Assembly (NCBI GenBank): GCA_951406725.2
Contig: OX597815.1
Coordinates: forward strand, 61,814,001 to 61,878,000
Length of the DNA stretch: 64,000 nt
Direction: 5' to 3'
DNA from: Octopus vulgaris
Taxonomy: Eukaryota
Shown in pieces: positions 1-13,412 of this stretch. Every line of letters begins with the position of its first letter. Within the stretch, counting starts at the first letter, position 1. The notes beneath the pieces were generated by a model. That model had not been told where the DNA came from. It saw nothing but the letters and a program-made list of their open reading frames with translations, and ran no database searches. Made by a program: the position numbers and the translations under genes.

Positions 1-326
1 ACGTGTGTATATATATATATACGTGTCTCTTCTGTATTTAATCATTTAAATTCTTCCTCTGAAAAAGGGTCTGGTCTCAACAAAAGTACAAAGCTTCATC
101 TTTGGAATGTAGGTAACAAAAACAAGAAAATAAACTACTTGGACTTGTTATTTTGAAAGATGCAGGAATTCGTTGCTCCTGGAAAGGAAAAAGTCATTTT
201 AAAATAGTACACCATGCAAATCCTGCACTAAAGATAACGGGAGTTGTGACCACTTGGAAGATGTTTCATCACTAAAGAAGAATTAAATAACTCGGAAAAC
301 CCTTATTTCGAGAATAACTCATGTCA

Positions 327-354
<28 letters not shown>

Positions 355-357
<3 letters not shown>

Positions 358-668
358 CATCACGTGATCACGTGACCGACCAGACCATCAGATGTTGTTA
401 CACATCGCTGGTCACAATGCGTTCGCATTGTTTTAGCCTTCGAATGACGCCCACCCCCCGCTGGCTAAGCGAGCAGGCCAACAGAAGAAAGAGTGGTAGA
501 AAGAGTGGTGAAAGAGTACAGCAGGGATAACCCCCCCCTGCCGGAGCGTCGTGGAGCTTTTAGGTGTTTTCGCTCAACAAACACTCACAACGCCCGGTCT
601 GGAAATCGAAACCGCGATCCTACGACCGCGAGTCCGCTGCCCTAACCACTGGGCCATTGCGCCTCCAC
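355..668 (-). mobile_element. tRNA-derived SINE (family A)
   Basis: Minus strand reads GGAGGCGCAATGGCCCAGTGGTTAGGGCAGCGGACTCGCGGTCGTAGGATCGCGGTTTCGATTTCC, with A-box and B-box-like motifs in a tRNA-like head. Homologous head at 29601. Confidence 0.8.
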
Positions 669-676
669 ATACACAC

Positions 677-762
<86 letters not shown>

Positions 763-1589
763 ATATACGCACGCATACATACAGCTCATACAGAGTGAGA
801 GACAGACAGACAGACTCCAAGAGTGGTGGAGAGAAAAAGTCCTTGCGCATCATTAATCATTTACTCGAAAAACTTTACTCATTCAATAGACAAGCAATCT
901 TTATGTCATCTGCTCTTTCGGTCATATGAGGCATCGTTTACTTTTATTTTCACTTTTTCTCTTATAGCACCAACTCATTGACGGCCAGTATCATCACTGA
1001 CATTCTCATTTGATACACTGAGCTATTTACAGATTTTTGTAATGACTCAGCCAACTCATCATTTTTAAATACCCTTTTATTCTTTAAGTTCTCTTATCTA
1101 TGAATTTGCCGTTTTTGTAATATTTTGCTTATCTTTACTTGTGTTATTTCATTCAATTTCTTGCTATCTTTCTTAAATTGAGGACTGCAATATCTAAAAT
1201 ATATTTTGCGTGCGTTGACTTAATTGATTTGAGTGCATTCAGAGAAGAAATTCTGAAAAGAATATCACAATACAAGTCCATTTTACTGTTATTTCCTTTT
1301 ACTGACCAAATTACTGTAAACTGGTCCAATTCTGGTCTTCCATACATTGTACATTATAAAGGGTGAATTTTGTGTGTATATTTAGAGCTGAATTGTAGAT
1401 GTAACCATGATGTGCTGTGATCTGATGCGTTAACTTTCTTTATATACATTAATTTGTGAATGTACAACTGTATTGTATAATGCTGAGCATTCATATAAGC
1501 ATGTACGTATAATTTTATATACTGTAATTGATAATACTACATGATGAAGGTTATGAAACGGCCGTAATCATAAAGAAGCCATATGAAAA

Positions 1590-1882
<293 letters not shown>

Positions 1883-2203
1883 TATATGCAGAGAAATATA
1901 AGCATATATATATACATTTACACATAGATAGATACGCAAGTAACTATAAGCATGTGTGTGTCCGCGCGCGCGTGTGTGTGAGTGAGTGTGTGAGTATGTA
2001 TGTATCTAGGTGCTTATGGAAGTGTATGGGAGTATAGAATGGTTGCAATTTTTAATTTTACAAATTTAGGAAAGACGTGGAAGAGGAATATACAAAATAA
2101 AATACACAATAAATAGTCATTTTACTCATATACACACACAACAAACAAGCGTAATTTCACATTACATATACAAAGATTCGTACGCAAACATAACATATAT
2201 AAT

Positions 2204-2251
<48 letters not shown>

Positions 2252-2268
2252 TATGTATATATTAATAT

Positions 2269-2326
<58 letters not shown>

Positions 2327-2484
2327 GTATAATATAATATATACGTATATGTGTGTGTATACAATGTGGGTGGTGTAGGTGCGCATGTGCATTTATCTTG
2401 TATGATTGTTCGGCAAGATTACATCTGAATGAACTGACTTCAAACAGTTCTGAAGAAAATAAGTGGCTGCTGCCGCTGCTGCTG

Positions 2485-2524
<40 letters not shown>

Positions 2525-2892
2525 CACTACTATTACTAGACAGTCTGGCTGTACCAAAGCGATAACTCTAAGGTAGGGAGTAAGCGATGAAAAAGAAGGA
2601 AGGCTTGGAAGGTGAGTAGCAGGAGAATGAAAAGTCGTGATGGAGAAGGCAGAGAAAGATGGAGAAACGGGGCAAAACAGAGGTGGGGGTTGGGTGGAAG
2701 AGGGGGTGAGGAGAGAAGGAGAAAAGGAGAAAGAGTAACAGTGACAGACGGTGTAAAAATAAGAATCGAGATTACAAATTCACACATATACACACTCAGA
2801 TTCACATATACACACGCACACGGCGTACACAAACATGGAGATGAATAAATACATGATTCGTACACAAATATATGCACATTCAAATATTCATT

Positions 2893-4455
2893 ACTCTTTT
2901 ATTCTTTTGTATATTTCGGTTTAAAGACTGTGACCATGCTATAGCATCGCCAATATTATCACCTTTTCAATGACCATTCTCGTGTGAATTGCCCTCGTCT
3001 GAGTTTCTTTCTGTGATGTAAGTTCTTCTGGGATTTTGCTTAGCAGAAGATCAAACTGATTCTTTAAAACATCATCCCAACTCTATGTAGATCTCTCGGG
3101 GATTTTTAGCAAGATATTAAATAGTTGTGGGCTTTTGAATCCCAGGTTATTGCAGTACCTAATCCTTACTGAAGACGGAGGGGTAAGACGTCTGGAGGAG
3201 TGGGACTTCTGGAGGAGTGGGACTTCTAGAAGAGTGTAAAAATAAAGCTTTTGGACATTCAAATATACTCTAACATTTTTATGATGCTTTAAAAGGAAAA
3301 TTGAACATTAAAGATTCTAAGTCTGCAACAGAACATAGTGGTGTTCTGCTGTGAGGGCTAACATAACTCTCGATACCAACCCTTTTAGGATATTCCATAT
3401 GTATATCATCCGTATATCTCTCGTCTTCGCTCAAGGGAGTAGAGTCATAATTTTTCAGTCTTTCCCAGTAGTTCGGCTGTTTCATTGATGCAATCTTTCT
3501 GGTGCAGCATTGCTGAAGTGTCTCATGTCCCGCTATTAATTTGACGCTCTTGGGTGACCACTGTTGAGAGCTGTAGACCAGACGGCTGAGAACAAATGTT
3601 CTCCATAGAACCAGCATAATCTCCTGATCCCTTATTCTGAAAGTTCTTGGAACCCATCCAGCCATTCTCCTGCACATTGTCACCATCCTAGGTGTATGTA
3701 CATGAAACAAGGCAGTGTTGCTTATACAAGCCCCAGGTCATGGACTGTTTGACTCCGTGATTCCGCTTTTTTTTTGCCCATAGTATCTTTGTTGTGGCAT
3801 GTTAGTGTAAGCTAGCTGATAGCGAAAGGCTTGGGATTTTCCTGCATTAAATTGCATGTTATTTTCTTCACCCCTTTCATATATGGCATGTAGATCTTTC
3901 TGTCGAAGATTAGTATCGAAATGATTCTTGATTGCTTGTACTACTTTTGTGTCGTCGGCATAGCTAGTGAGAGTGGCTGAGTAACGACGTTTGAGAGTGT
4001 CACCATAAACAGCCATGGCTCTAAGACACTTCCCTGTGGCATTACACTCATGCACTGTTAATGTCTCCTTGGAGAGAGCCATTTTCGGTTGCCATAGTTA
4101 GGCTTCTGTCTTTTAAGAAGCCATGTAACCATTGTTCCGTTTTTCCAACAATGCCGAGTCGTCCCAGCTTGTGACATATCATCCCGTGATCAACCTTATC
4201 AAAGGTCTTTGTAAAGTCAAGATATATTGCATCCACGTCTAAGCGAGTCATAAGTGGTTTAAACACCAATCATAACACTGCAGAAGCTGTATAAGGCATT
4301 TTCTTCCTGAGTGGAAGCCATGCTGGGTGTCAGGAAGCATGTACTTGTCTTTCAGGAACTTGATAAGCTTCCTCCTGATAATGCGTTCCATGACTTTACT
4401 GACATTTGAGGTTAGAGAGAAACAGACCTGTAATTTTTAGGAGATAGTATGCTCT
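2893..4455 (-). mobile_element. CR1-group LINE, RT and 3' end (degenerate), segment 1
   Basis: Frameshifted RT motifs: DAIYLDFTKTFDKVDHG, SYADDTK, MQFNAGK, VLWRTFVLSRLVYSSQQWSP. 3' tail GGCGATGCTATAGCATGGTCACAG...AAAAGAATAAAAGAG. Confidence 0.85.
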
Positions 4456-4463
4456 TCTTTAAC

Positions 4464-7400
4464 TTACTTACTTGTACTTACTTGTGGCGACATTCACCCT
4501 GGGCGGGTTGAGTCAGCTTCTACCACCCTCGAGGCATCTCCAACCATAGCAGCCCACGCACGACGGTCCTGCGCCAGTTCATTGGAGTTAGCGAGCCAGT
4601 CACGGTTCCATCGGCGCAGGTGCTCGTGAGCACGGAGAGGTCCTCCTTGATTGTCGTAACTCAGGTCTTCAGCTGCCCGTCCGCGCGTTTCCGACAGTTG
4701 GGAAGTGGAGTTGGGAGAAGGACATCACGGCTCAGTTCACCCACCTGACGCCTACATGCATAGTAAAACCACCGCAAGCGCCGTTGCAGAAGGACAGATG
4801 GAAGGGGCCGCAGAGACAGGCGAAGTCGAAGATTGGCGGTGGGAACTAGATCCACCCGACGGCAGCGAAGAATGCACCGGAGGCAGTCATTGTCGAAGAC
4901 TTCCAGCCTTTGTAGATCGACCACCCGCATAGGCCACGTTTCACAGCCATAGAGAAGTACTGTACGAACGACGGCCTGATATATTCTCCCTTTGGTCACC
5001 GATGAGATCTCCCTTCGGTCCCACAGACACCGCTTTAGGCGTCCAAAGGCAGATCGAGCAGCATCGATGCGATGATCGACCTCAGCTCCACCCTGACCGT
5101 TTGGGATCACCGTTGAGCCCAAGTAGACGAAAGACTCCACAACCTCCAGGTCCTCGCCCGCGAGAGATATTGGCTGCCAGATGTCAGTCGGAACCAACGA
5201 CCTCATCACCTTCGACTTGGCGGCGTTGATTCGGAGACCAACCGCGGCTGCTGCCGTTTGAACCCCTTCGAGAGCCGCTTGAATATCATCCCTGCATGCA
5301 CCCATCAGTACGATGTCGTCTGCGTAGGCCAGGTCCGTCACCGCGACTCCTCTCCCAACCTCTACGCCCCGGTAGTCCCGGAGCGCGGTGTTGAGAACGT
5401 AGTTAATGACGTAGTTGAAGAGGGTTGGCGACAGCGCGCACCCCTGCCGCACACCTGTCCCAACATCAAACAGCGCCGTCTGCTCACCATAGATCCTGAT
5501 GCGTGTTCGGAGCTGCTTCTCTTGGATACCGTCCGCCTGCATTATGCGCCACAGCAGTGAAGTCGATGAAGCATAGAACAGTAGGCTGCTGGTATGCCCA
5601 CCGTTGTTCCAGAACACGCAGGAGGCTGAAGATTTAATCGACACACCCTCTTCCCTGAGAAGGGCGGGTACGGACATCACGGACGGTCTGGAACCTTTTC
5701 AGCAGAAGAATTGCGAAGGATTTGGCAGCAACATCGATAAGGCTGATGCCCCTGTAGTTTGAGCACAGCTTTTTGTCGCCTTTTTTGAAGAATGGCAGGA
5801 GGATTGCATCACTCCAGTCCTCAGGGAAACGCTCCGTCGCCCACACCACAGAGAAGACTCGATGGAACCAGGATGCGAAGACATCTGGCTCGGCTTTGTA
5901 CACCTCTGCTGGAATACCATCTTCGCCTGGCGCTTTGTTGTTCCAGAGACAGGTCAAGACACCGCGTACTTCCTCGACCGTCGGAGGGGCAGTGCTGCAA
6001 CCGTAGTCATCCCCAGTTGGCTGCACGAACGTTTGTGAAGATGGTGGCGGATGGTTGAACAGCTCGGAAAAAGTGGTCCCGCCATCGATCCAGCCGGTCA
6101 CTAAGATTCGTAATGACCGCGCTAGTCCGATCACGGATCGTCTCACTGATACCCGTATTGCCTCGGCTAGCCTGTTCCACCAGCTGGTAGAGTTTGCGCG
6201 AGTCACCACAGGCTGCTGCCCCTTCCGTCCGCTCTGCGTATGCACGCCAGTGTGCAATCCGATAAACCCGGATGGCCCTCGAAGGGCGTCGTCGCAGATC
6301 TCGAAAATTTGGTGCACCCTCCAGTCGAGCCACGTTCGCCCTCTCAGCGAGTTCAAGAGTGTCGTCGGAGATCCAGTCCTGATGGCGACGTCTGGTGGAT
6401 CCAAGATGCTTCCCGGCCACCTCAGTCGTCGCCGTCTTGAGTGCGCTCCATTCCTGCTCCGATTGTTGAACCAACTCGTCGCCAAGCGTCGCCAAGCGTC
6501 GCCAAGCGCCAGGAATCGATTTCTGAGCTCAACCCGAAAATAGTTTCCAGCCTCGAGTTTGAGATGCGAGACATCGATCCTCTTCTGACGCGTAGGAGGA
6601 GTTCTGACGCGTAGGAAGACGATTAGCCTCCGCAAAAAACACGAGCCGTTTACCATTGTCACAACGAGCACCAAGGGTAAAGCGTCCCAGAATGTGCCGT
6701 GTTGTATCGTCAGCAGGTCCGGTCCGAGCGTTCCTGTCCCCAGCAACAACGAGAACATCACTGGAAGGAACATCATCCACTGCCGCCTGAAGATCTGCGT
6801 AGAACCGCGTCTTGTCCGCATCGTCTGCATTGAGAGTGGGAGCATATACAGCGATGATGCTGACGTTGGAGATTTGACCCTTCAATCGCACCTGTGCGAG
6901 TCGATGGGTGATTGGCTGCCACGCTAGCAAAGCCGCTTGCACGTCAGGGCTGAGCGCTACAGCCACCCCATGGAGGCCACTGTTATCAGTCACACCACTG
7001 CGATACAGATGGTAGGTGAATTCTTCGCTGGGGACTTTGGTCGGGAGATGGCCGACGTCCCTAGGCGCACCTCTGAAAGACAAGCAACGGTCACGCGGTA
7101 CCTGTGCAGAGCCTTCATCATAAGTGCCTGGACACCGTCGTCAAGAAGTGTTCTGACGTTCCAGCACGCTAGTAGTAGTCGAGTGAGAATTCGCCATTGA
7201 GAATTCATGGAAGAGGTTTCGTGGGAATATGTGGATTTCACGAGCGGTCCCCAACAATCGCGCATGTAGAGACATCCTGTTTGCCGCAGATTGTCCGCAG
7301 ATGCAGGGACAGAACGACCGAGGAGCCGCCGGTTGCCGAAACAGACACTCCGAGGATTTTCACCAGAGCCCCGTCTGCCGGGTTGTGGCCCTAATACCAC

Positions 7401-7525
7401 TCGGTGTCAGACCAATCCGCCTTGGGTGGCCCTACCAGGAACCGAAGTTCCCGACGGCTTAGCTCTGACACTACCCGTTGCCAGCGTCCCCACCACGGTG
7501 AGAAAGGAATGGACTTTGGGGACGC
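4464..7525 (-). mobile_element. RTE-clade LINE, near full length with internal deletions, nested in the CR1-group LINE
   Basis: APE endonuclease (LACWNVRTL, IIAVYAPT, VAGDRNART). RT (NKAPGEDGIPAE, NYRGISL, GVRQGCALSPTLFN, LAYADD, FVYLGS, VLLYGCETW). (TAAG)-like 3' tail. TSD TCTTTAAC at 4456-4463 and 7526-7533. Confidence 0.95.
4661..5680 (-). pseudogene. RTE reverse transcriptase, C-terminal part
   Basis: 339-aa ORF with QG/YADD motifs. Upstream parts are split across frames (5634-6845, 6007-6495, 6529-7083). Confidence 0.9.
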
Positions 7526-7533
7526 TCTTTAAC

Positions 7534-7712
7534 ATACTAGGAACTCTACTACTTGCAAGGAAGTATTGAAAGACGTATCTTGTTAGGGCCCCATTGCATG
7601 TTTTTCGGGGGATTACTGGGAACCCATCAGAGCCTGTAGCTGAGTTTAAGCTCATTTCGTCAATGACCGATATAACATCAATTACCTTTATTTCAATCTA
7701 ATCGATAACTCA
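7534..7712 (-). mobile_element. CR1-group LINE segment 2 (pre-RT region)
   Basis: NSATGSDGFPVIP...FLASSRVPSMLK continues into the NYR region on the far side of the RTE TSD. Confidence 0.75.
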
Positions 7713-7902
7713 GGGGAACAATTTTGAAGATAATTTCTGTAGAGTTTGCTATTTCACTTGATTGAAACTACAACTGACTAAAATTGACACATTAATTTCA
7801 AAGCTACTGTCAGTTTTCTTCTATCAAGTCAAATTGTTTTTCTACAGTTTCCTCTCTGAAAAAGCTCAATTGTATCGTTTGTCTGTAAGTAATAGGGTTG
7901 GT

Positions 7903-9660
7903 CATCTGGGAAATATTTTCAAAACAATTCTTAGTTGTCTTGCCTTTTACAATTAGTCCTACCTAATTTCATGGTAGTGATTTCAGAAATGCCATCAGAA
8001 AATTTCTATCATGTAAATTTTTTTTTAATCAGGAATTCATTTTTTATAAAAAATAAAAAAGTCAATTTTGCCATTAAATGCAATACTAAAATAAGAAACA
8101 AACGTAAAGCAAATAGTACTTTTTATTGTTGAACAAATATATTGCACAAAACTTTAGGATAAATATTTCTGTCAGACTGGAGTTTCAGCTACTCAAGGAG
8201 TGGACTTTCTGTTTGGTGTTTTGCGTAAATAACTAGCATCATCACAGTGTCTTTGCAGAGACCAGTAATAGTCAGCCATCATGTTTGTGTTCCGCCTGCA
8301 TTGATACCTAGTTTCCGTGTCCTCGGTTTCTAAGTGGAATCGTTCTCCTTGCTCATCACTTATTGCACTATGATTTTCAGGAAAGTAGTCCAGATGACTG
8401 TGTAGGAAATGTATTTTTACACTCATGTTACGGCTCAGTGCTCGAAAACTGGTTAACAAGGTATGCACAAGTTCTTTATAATTTGATGACTTCCTGTTTC
8501 CGAGAAAATCAGATACAACTGCAGCAAAAACATCTCATGCTTCTTTGTCAACGCCAGACATGGACTCCGTAAACTCTTGCAATAGTCACCTATTGTGTCT
8601 ATCAAACACACCAACCTTAATTTTCTCACAAGACAAAGCTGGAATCTTTCTGCTTAAGTATTTGAAACAGTCACTGTCTCAGTGTTTTATACACTATATG
8701 GGGTGTCCAGGTTTTGTCTTGATCAACCAATTTCATTCCAAAGTAAGTAAGGCATGCTTTCTTTAAAAAAAAGTTGTGATTTTGTTTCACTGCTTAGGTA
8801 AAGTGTAGCCTCTACAAATGAAGTAGAAAATATCAAAGGTATTTTTGTCATTTTCTTCTCTCACAACTGCAAATATCTCTGGAATACAAAACATATATTC
8901 AAACCAGTTGTCACACAGGGAAAACATTTTTCAGAATTGTCAACTGCAAGCAAATACAGATTTACGATGGGAAAGTTCCATAAAGAGCATACACACCATG
9001 ACATTCTTTCTATAGTTCTTTGACCATGCTTAACTAAAAGTGACCCTCACCCATGTACCTCACAACTATGACATTGAAGGTGCATTCAAAATACCAATTT
9101 TCATTGGTATATAGTTAAAGGTTCAATAAATAGTTAAAAACACATCTCTAAAGGGTCAATGAATAGTTAAAAATACATCTCTAAAGGGTCAATAAACCAC
9201 GTTTAATGATGGTTACATTAAATCAAGAATGGCATGAGCACATCTTCATACAAGACATATATGATATCAAGGATCTTAGAAACGTGTTGTTTATCAATAT
9301 CTAATTGTATAAAGGGCATTTCTGTCACCATAATGATATTTAAAACTAGTTAGATTGAAAATAGTGACAGTTGTTCAAGTTTGATGCTTTTTATTCCCTG
9401 AAAATACTTAAATCATGACTTTTGTTTTCACTTTGGAAGTTGCATTTGCTTTAACTGACATTGACAAACTGTTTTCAAAGCTATGCCAAGATCCATACAT
9501 GGATCCTTAGAGATGGTGACAATACCTACGGTGGACATTTGAATTTATGAAAAATCTTGACATAACAGAGCCAAATGAATTTCATTTTTGAAATCAGTAA
9601 ACCAAAATTACTAGGAAACATGTATCAAACACCAGACATCAAAAACCATGATACTCAGTG
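7903..9660 (-). mobile_element. Chapaev3-like (CMC superfamily) DNA transposon remnant
   Basis: ORF 8193-8468 reads MSVKIHFLHSHLDYFPENHSAISDEQGERFH...MMADYYWSL, a C-terminus I recognise from Chapaev3-type transposases. Imperfect subterminal inverted repeats at about 7955-8025 and 9550-9620; right end ...CAGTG. Left boundary uncertain (7712-7905). Confidence 0.65.
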
Positions 9661-10374
9661 TGACTGTTGTCCCTTCGGGTGGTGGATGTGTGATGTTAGA
9701 GAACCCATTTGACATAGCTATTTGCAAGTGTTCAATCAGTATTTCACATATCTTCTGGGGGTCTGCAATCAGTGTGCCATTTTCTTCAGATAATGGCCCT
9801 CTCTTATGGCCTACCGAAACAGACAATTTATAGAAGACGTTAGGGTTCGTCTTCACATTTTTACAGCCTTGGCTTCTTTCCCTGCTCTCTCCTTCTCGTG
9901 GGGATATTTAAGTTCACTTTCAGTCTCAAGTAGTGTTTGTTTAAAATAGGATTCTTTACTATCCTTTAGTGTCCCATTTAGACGAATTGAGATCTTTGTT
10001 CAGCGTTTCATTAGGATCTTCTTATTTCTGGGAATTATGTCTTTTAGTCGGTTTGACATTCTCTCTGGAGAAAACCTGCCGCATATGTCATGCATGACTA
10101 TCGCAGTGTGTAGCTTTATGTCAATATCTTGCGTAGACCATTATTGTTCCAGGACCTCTTTCAGAATACCTTTCCAACCAGCTTTATGAAAGTTAAGGCT
10201 GAAAAGGAGTGGTGTTTCAGTAAAGTGCATGCTTGACTTTTCCCTCGGACCATACATTGTTTTATTGTTCGATTATGACCCGAGAAAATTGTTGGAATCA
10301 CCTTAACATTATGGATGAGCACCACATTATTTGTGGAGCAGAGGTCCAGAACAATTTTAACCCTTGCTTTATGG
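9661..10374 (-). mobile_element. CR1-group LINE segment 3 (endonuclease C-terminus and linker)
   Basis: VLDLCSTNN...IFSGHN (APE C-terminus) and MKTNPNVFYK...GPLSEENGTLIADPQKICEIL. Confidence 0.75.
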
Positions 10375-10626
10375 AGTACTAATATCGCCCACTGATACCC
10401 CAGATCAAAGGTATTTATTCGAAGAGATCCTAAAAAATCTGGGAAAAGTACTAGCCAGCTTAAACGACAGCCCCCACGTACTTCGTTTAGCAGAATTCAA
10501 TCACCCTAATTTCAAATGAATTGAGGTCCTTTTCCACTCAGGTATGTCACTATATGAGCAGAGGTAGGCAGAGTCTCTGACCCTACAAATAGAATATTTG
10601 TAGGGTCATATTTAATCAGAGTATAC
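10375..10626 (+). mobile_element. Inverted 5' segment of the same LINE (APE middle)
   Basis: Plus strand reads YRP...VLRLAEFNHPNFK (GDFN-like motif)...NQSI, which directly precedes the minus-strand segment in APE order. Confidence 0.65.
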
Positions 10627-11916
10627 AAACGAATGAATTCGTTCTTTCCCTTTCTATATGAGCTTGCATCGATGGAGGCCAAAGCTCATCAGAATCTCTG
10701 CGATTAGATTTTTCGGTGGCGATCATTCCCATAAGTTCCATGCGAAGAGGATTTCTTTTTATTTCCTGCCAGTTTCTTTGGTTCCTAAGGGCAACGCTGC
10801 CTTTCGTGCAGTCGACTATGTTGCCGTCCATGTTGCTAAGATAGGAACGAAAGAAGGCAAGAAGTAGAGACAGATATGCAGAGATAGGGGAGCGAGAGGG
10901 ATGTAGAGGCAGCGAGAAAAAAATGAGGAGAGGAGAGAGGAAGAGAGAGAGAGAGAGACATTTTGCTAGAAAACAAGATGGTTAAAGAAGAGCTTAGAGA
11001 TAAGAGAAACAGAGAGTGAGAGGAACAGAGAGATAGATATAGTGATACATATGTGTGCATGAGCGTGTATGTCTTTGTATGTATGTTTATATATACATAT
11101 TAATTGTAACCTGTGCAATTACATATGTATGTATGTGAATGTATAGATCTGTGTGTGTGTGCGTGTGTGTGTGCGTGTGTGTGTGTGTGTGTGTGCATAC
11201 GCATGTATAATATATGCATACATATATAAGTGTGCATAAATACGAGAGTGGGGAGGAGGTGAGTAGAGAAAAATATAATTACGTATATACATATACATTT
11301 TTACATACATATATTTATGTATATAAATATATTTGTATACACACACACACACACACACATGTATGTATGTATGTATGTATGTATGTATGTATGTATGTAT
11401 GTATGTATGTATGTATGTATGTATGTATGTATGTATGTATGTATGTATGTATGTATGTATGTATGTATGTATATATATATATACATACATACATACATAC
11501 ATACAAATATCTTTATGTGAATATGTGTATGTAAAACCAGGGATATATATGTAGACTTAAGTGTGTATGTGCTTGTGCATGTGTGTGTGTGTACATAGAG
11601 AATTGAAATAAAATGTAAGATAGAAAAGTAAGAGAAAAGACAAGAAAGAAAATCGGAAATGTATGAAAATGTTGGCGAAAACGAATTGGAGAGAGGCTGG
11701 AATAATAAATCAAAGAGTTTTAGTGCCTCGAGCTACGTGAACCAACTCAGTGCGTAATGTTTGGAGTCAGAAAATAGCGGCCACACGTCGATGTTATGAA
11801 ATGTTTAGAGAGACCAAATTCACTGTTAGCTTCCGGTTTATGAAACATGTGATATAAACATAAATGTAGAGAGAAGTCGACAGATATAGATAGATAGATA
11901 GATAGATAGATAGATT

Positions 11917-11950
<34 letters not shown>

Positions 11951-12069
11951 CAGATAGATAGATAAATAGATAGATAGATAGATAGATAGATAGACAGATA
12001 GATAGATAGATGGATAGATAGATAGATAGATAAATAGGTAGATAGATATAAACACACACACACACTTGT

Positions 12070-12240
12070 ATGAGAGCGCATAGCCTAGTGGTTAGTGTTT
12101 TGTATTCACAATCGCGATTTCATGATTTCAATTCCCAGACCCGTTGGTGCTTTATGATCTTGAGCAAAATGCTTCATCTCACGTTTTTCTGTCATCACTT
12201 AGGTACACCGTGCATCAGTCGAGTCACTTTGATGGAGAGA
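12070..12240 (+). mobile_element. SINE fragment (tRNA-like head)
   Basis: GCGCATAGCCTAGTGGTTAG...ATCTTGAGCAAAATGCTTCA; related copy at 44975-45258 (-). Confidence 0.55.
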
Positions 12241-12351
12241 GTGAGATACTAAGCAGTGCAAATACATGATTACTATAAACAAATCATGTTCAACAAGAAA
12301 TTGCAGAATTATCTTTCTCGGACTATGAGAGATTACTATTATATATACACA

Positions 12352-12668
12352 TATCACTACTGCAGTCCATCGGTTACGACGACGAGGGTTCCAGTTGATC
12401 TGATCCACAAGACAGCCTGTTCGGGAAATTAGCGTGTAAGTGACTGAGTACTCCACAAACAAGTGTACCTTTAACGTAGTTCTCCGGGAAATTCAGCATG
12501 ACACATAACGTGACAAGGCTGACGCTTTGGATTACATTTTTGCCAGCTGAGTAGACTGGAGCAATGGGAAATAAAGTGTCTTGCGCAAGGACACAATTCG
12601 CAGCTGGCTATCGAACTCACGACTTTACGAACGTGGGCCGACTACCCTACCACTAAACAACGCGCTTA
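12352..12668 (-). mobile_element. SINE
   Basis: GGTTACGACGACGAGGGTTCCAGTTGA...CTCCACA is shared with 58370-58475; tRNA-like head near 12600-12665. Confidence 0.65.
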
Positions 12669-12669
12669 A

Positions 12670-12736
<67 letters not shown>

Positions 12737-13239
12737 TCACTCACTCACTCGTACGTTGGTTTTGATCGGACGAATAAGAAATGTGGTGTGTTCAATACAT
12801 GGTGTAGAGGAAATGGTATTTCTATTGAAACTGATGTAGAGTTTGTCTTGTGACTTCAGTTTCAGCTTTAGTTTATATGTACATACATACATACATACAT
12901 ACATACATACATACATACATACATACATACATACATACATGCATACATGCATACGGACGAGTGCATTTTGGAAGTGGGGCCTTGCATTTCAATGGAAATG
13001 AAAGAGATTTTTAAGTCTGTTTTTCTTGGTACGTAATACGAGTACAGGCAAGCATAAATTTCGCAAAGGGAGATGAAACGAATTATTATTTTTCTTTTAG
13101 CCTCAAAGACGAATATTTCAGTTGTTTGAAAAGCAAGCAAACGGAAAGTATACTTACATATTGTCTTGTATAAATAACTACTAATGATTAACATTTTAAA
13201 GTCCTCTACTCCTGGTTACTGAAATTTTCTAATTTAAGC

Positions 13240-13412
13240 ATTAGTCCAGTAATTTTGAGGGTGACGGTTAGTCGACTACATCAACACCAGTACTTGATGA
13301 GTACTTTGTTTAATCGACCCTGAATGGTTTCTGCAAGATTTGAACTCAAAACGTGTAAATCGTCGGAATGAGTATGTAAGGTATTTTGTCCAGCGTTCTA
13401 ATGATTCCGCAG
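13240..13412 (-). mobile_element. Degenerate SINE (family with GTCGATAAAATAAGTACCAG core)
   Basis: Similar to 25250-25460, 32270-32415 and 35995-36227. Confidence 0.5.

Noticed and set aside
1535-1570. CATGATGAAGGTTATGAAACGGCCGTA, HHR-like
   Set aside because: Core and stem II are broken and there is no convincing stem I; at most a decayed relic.
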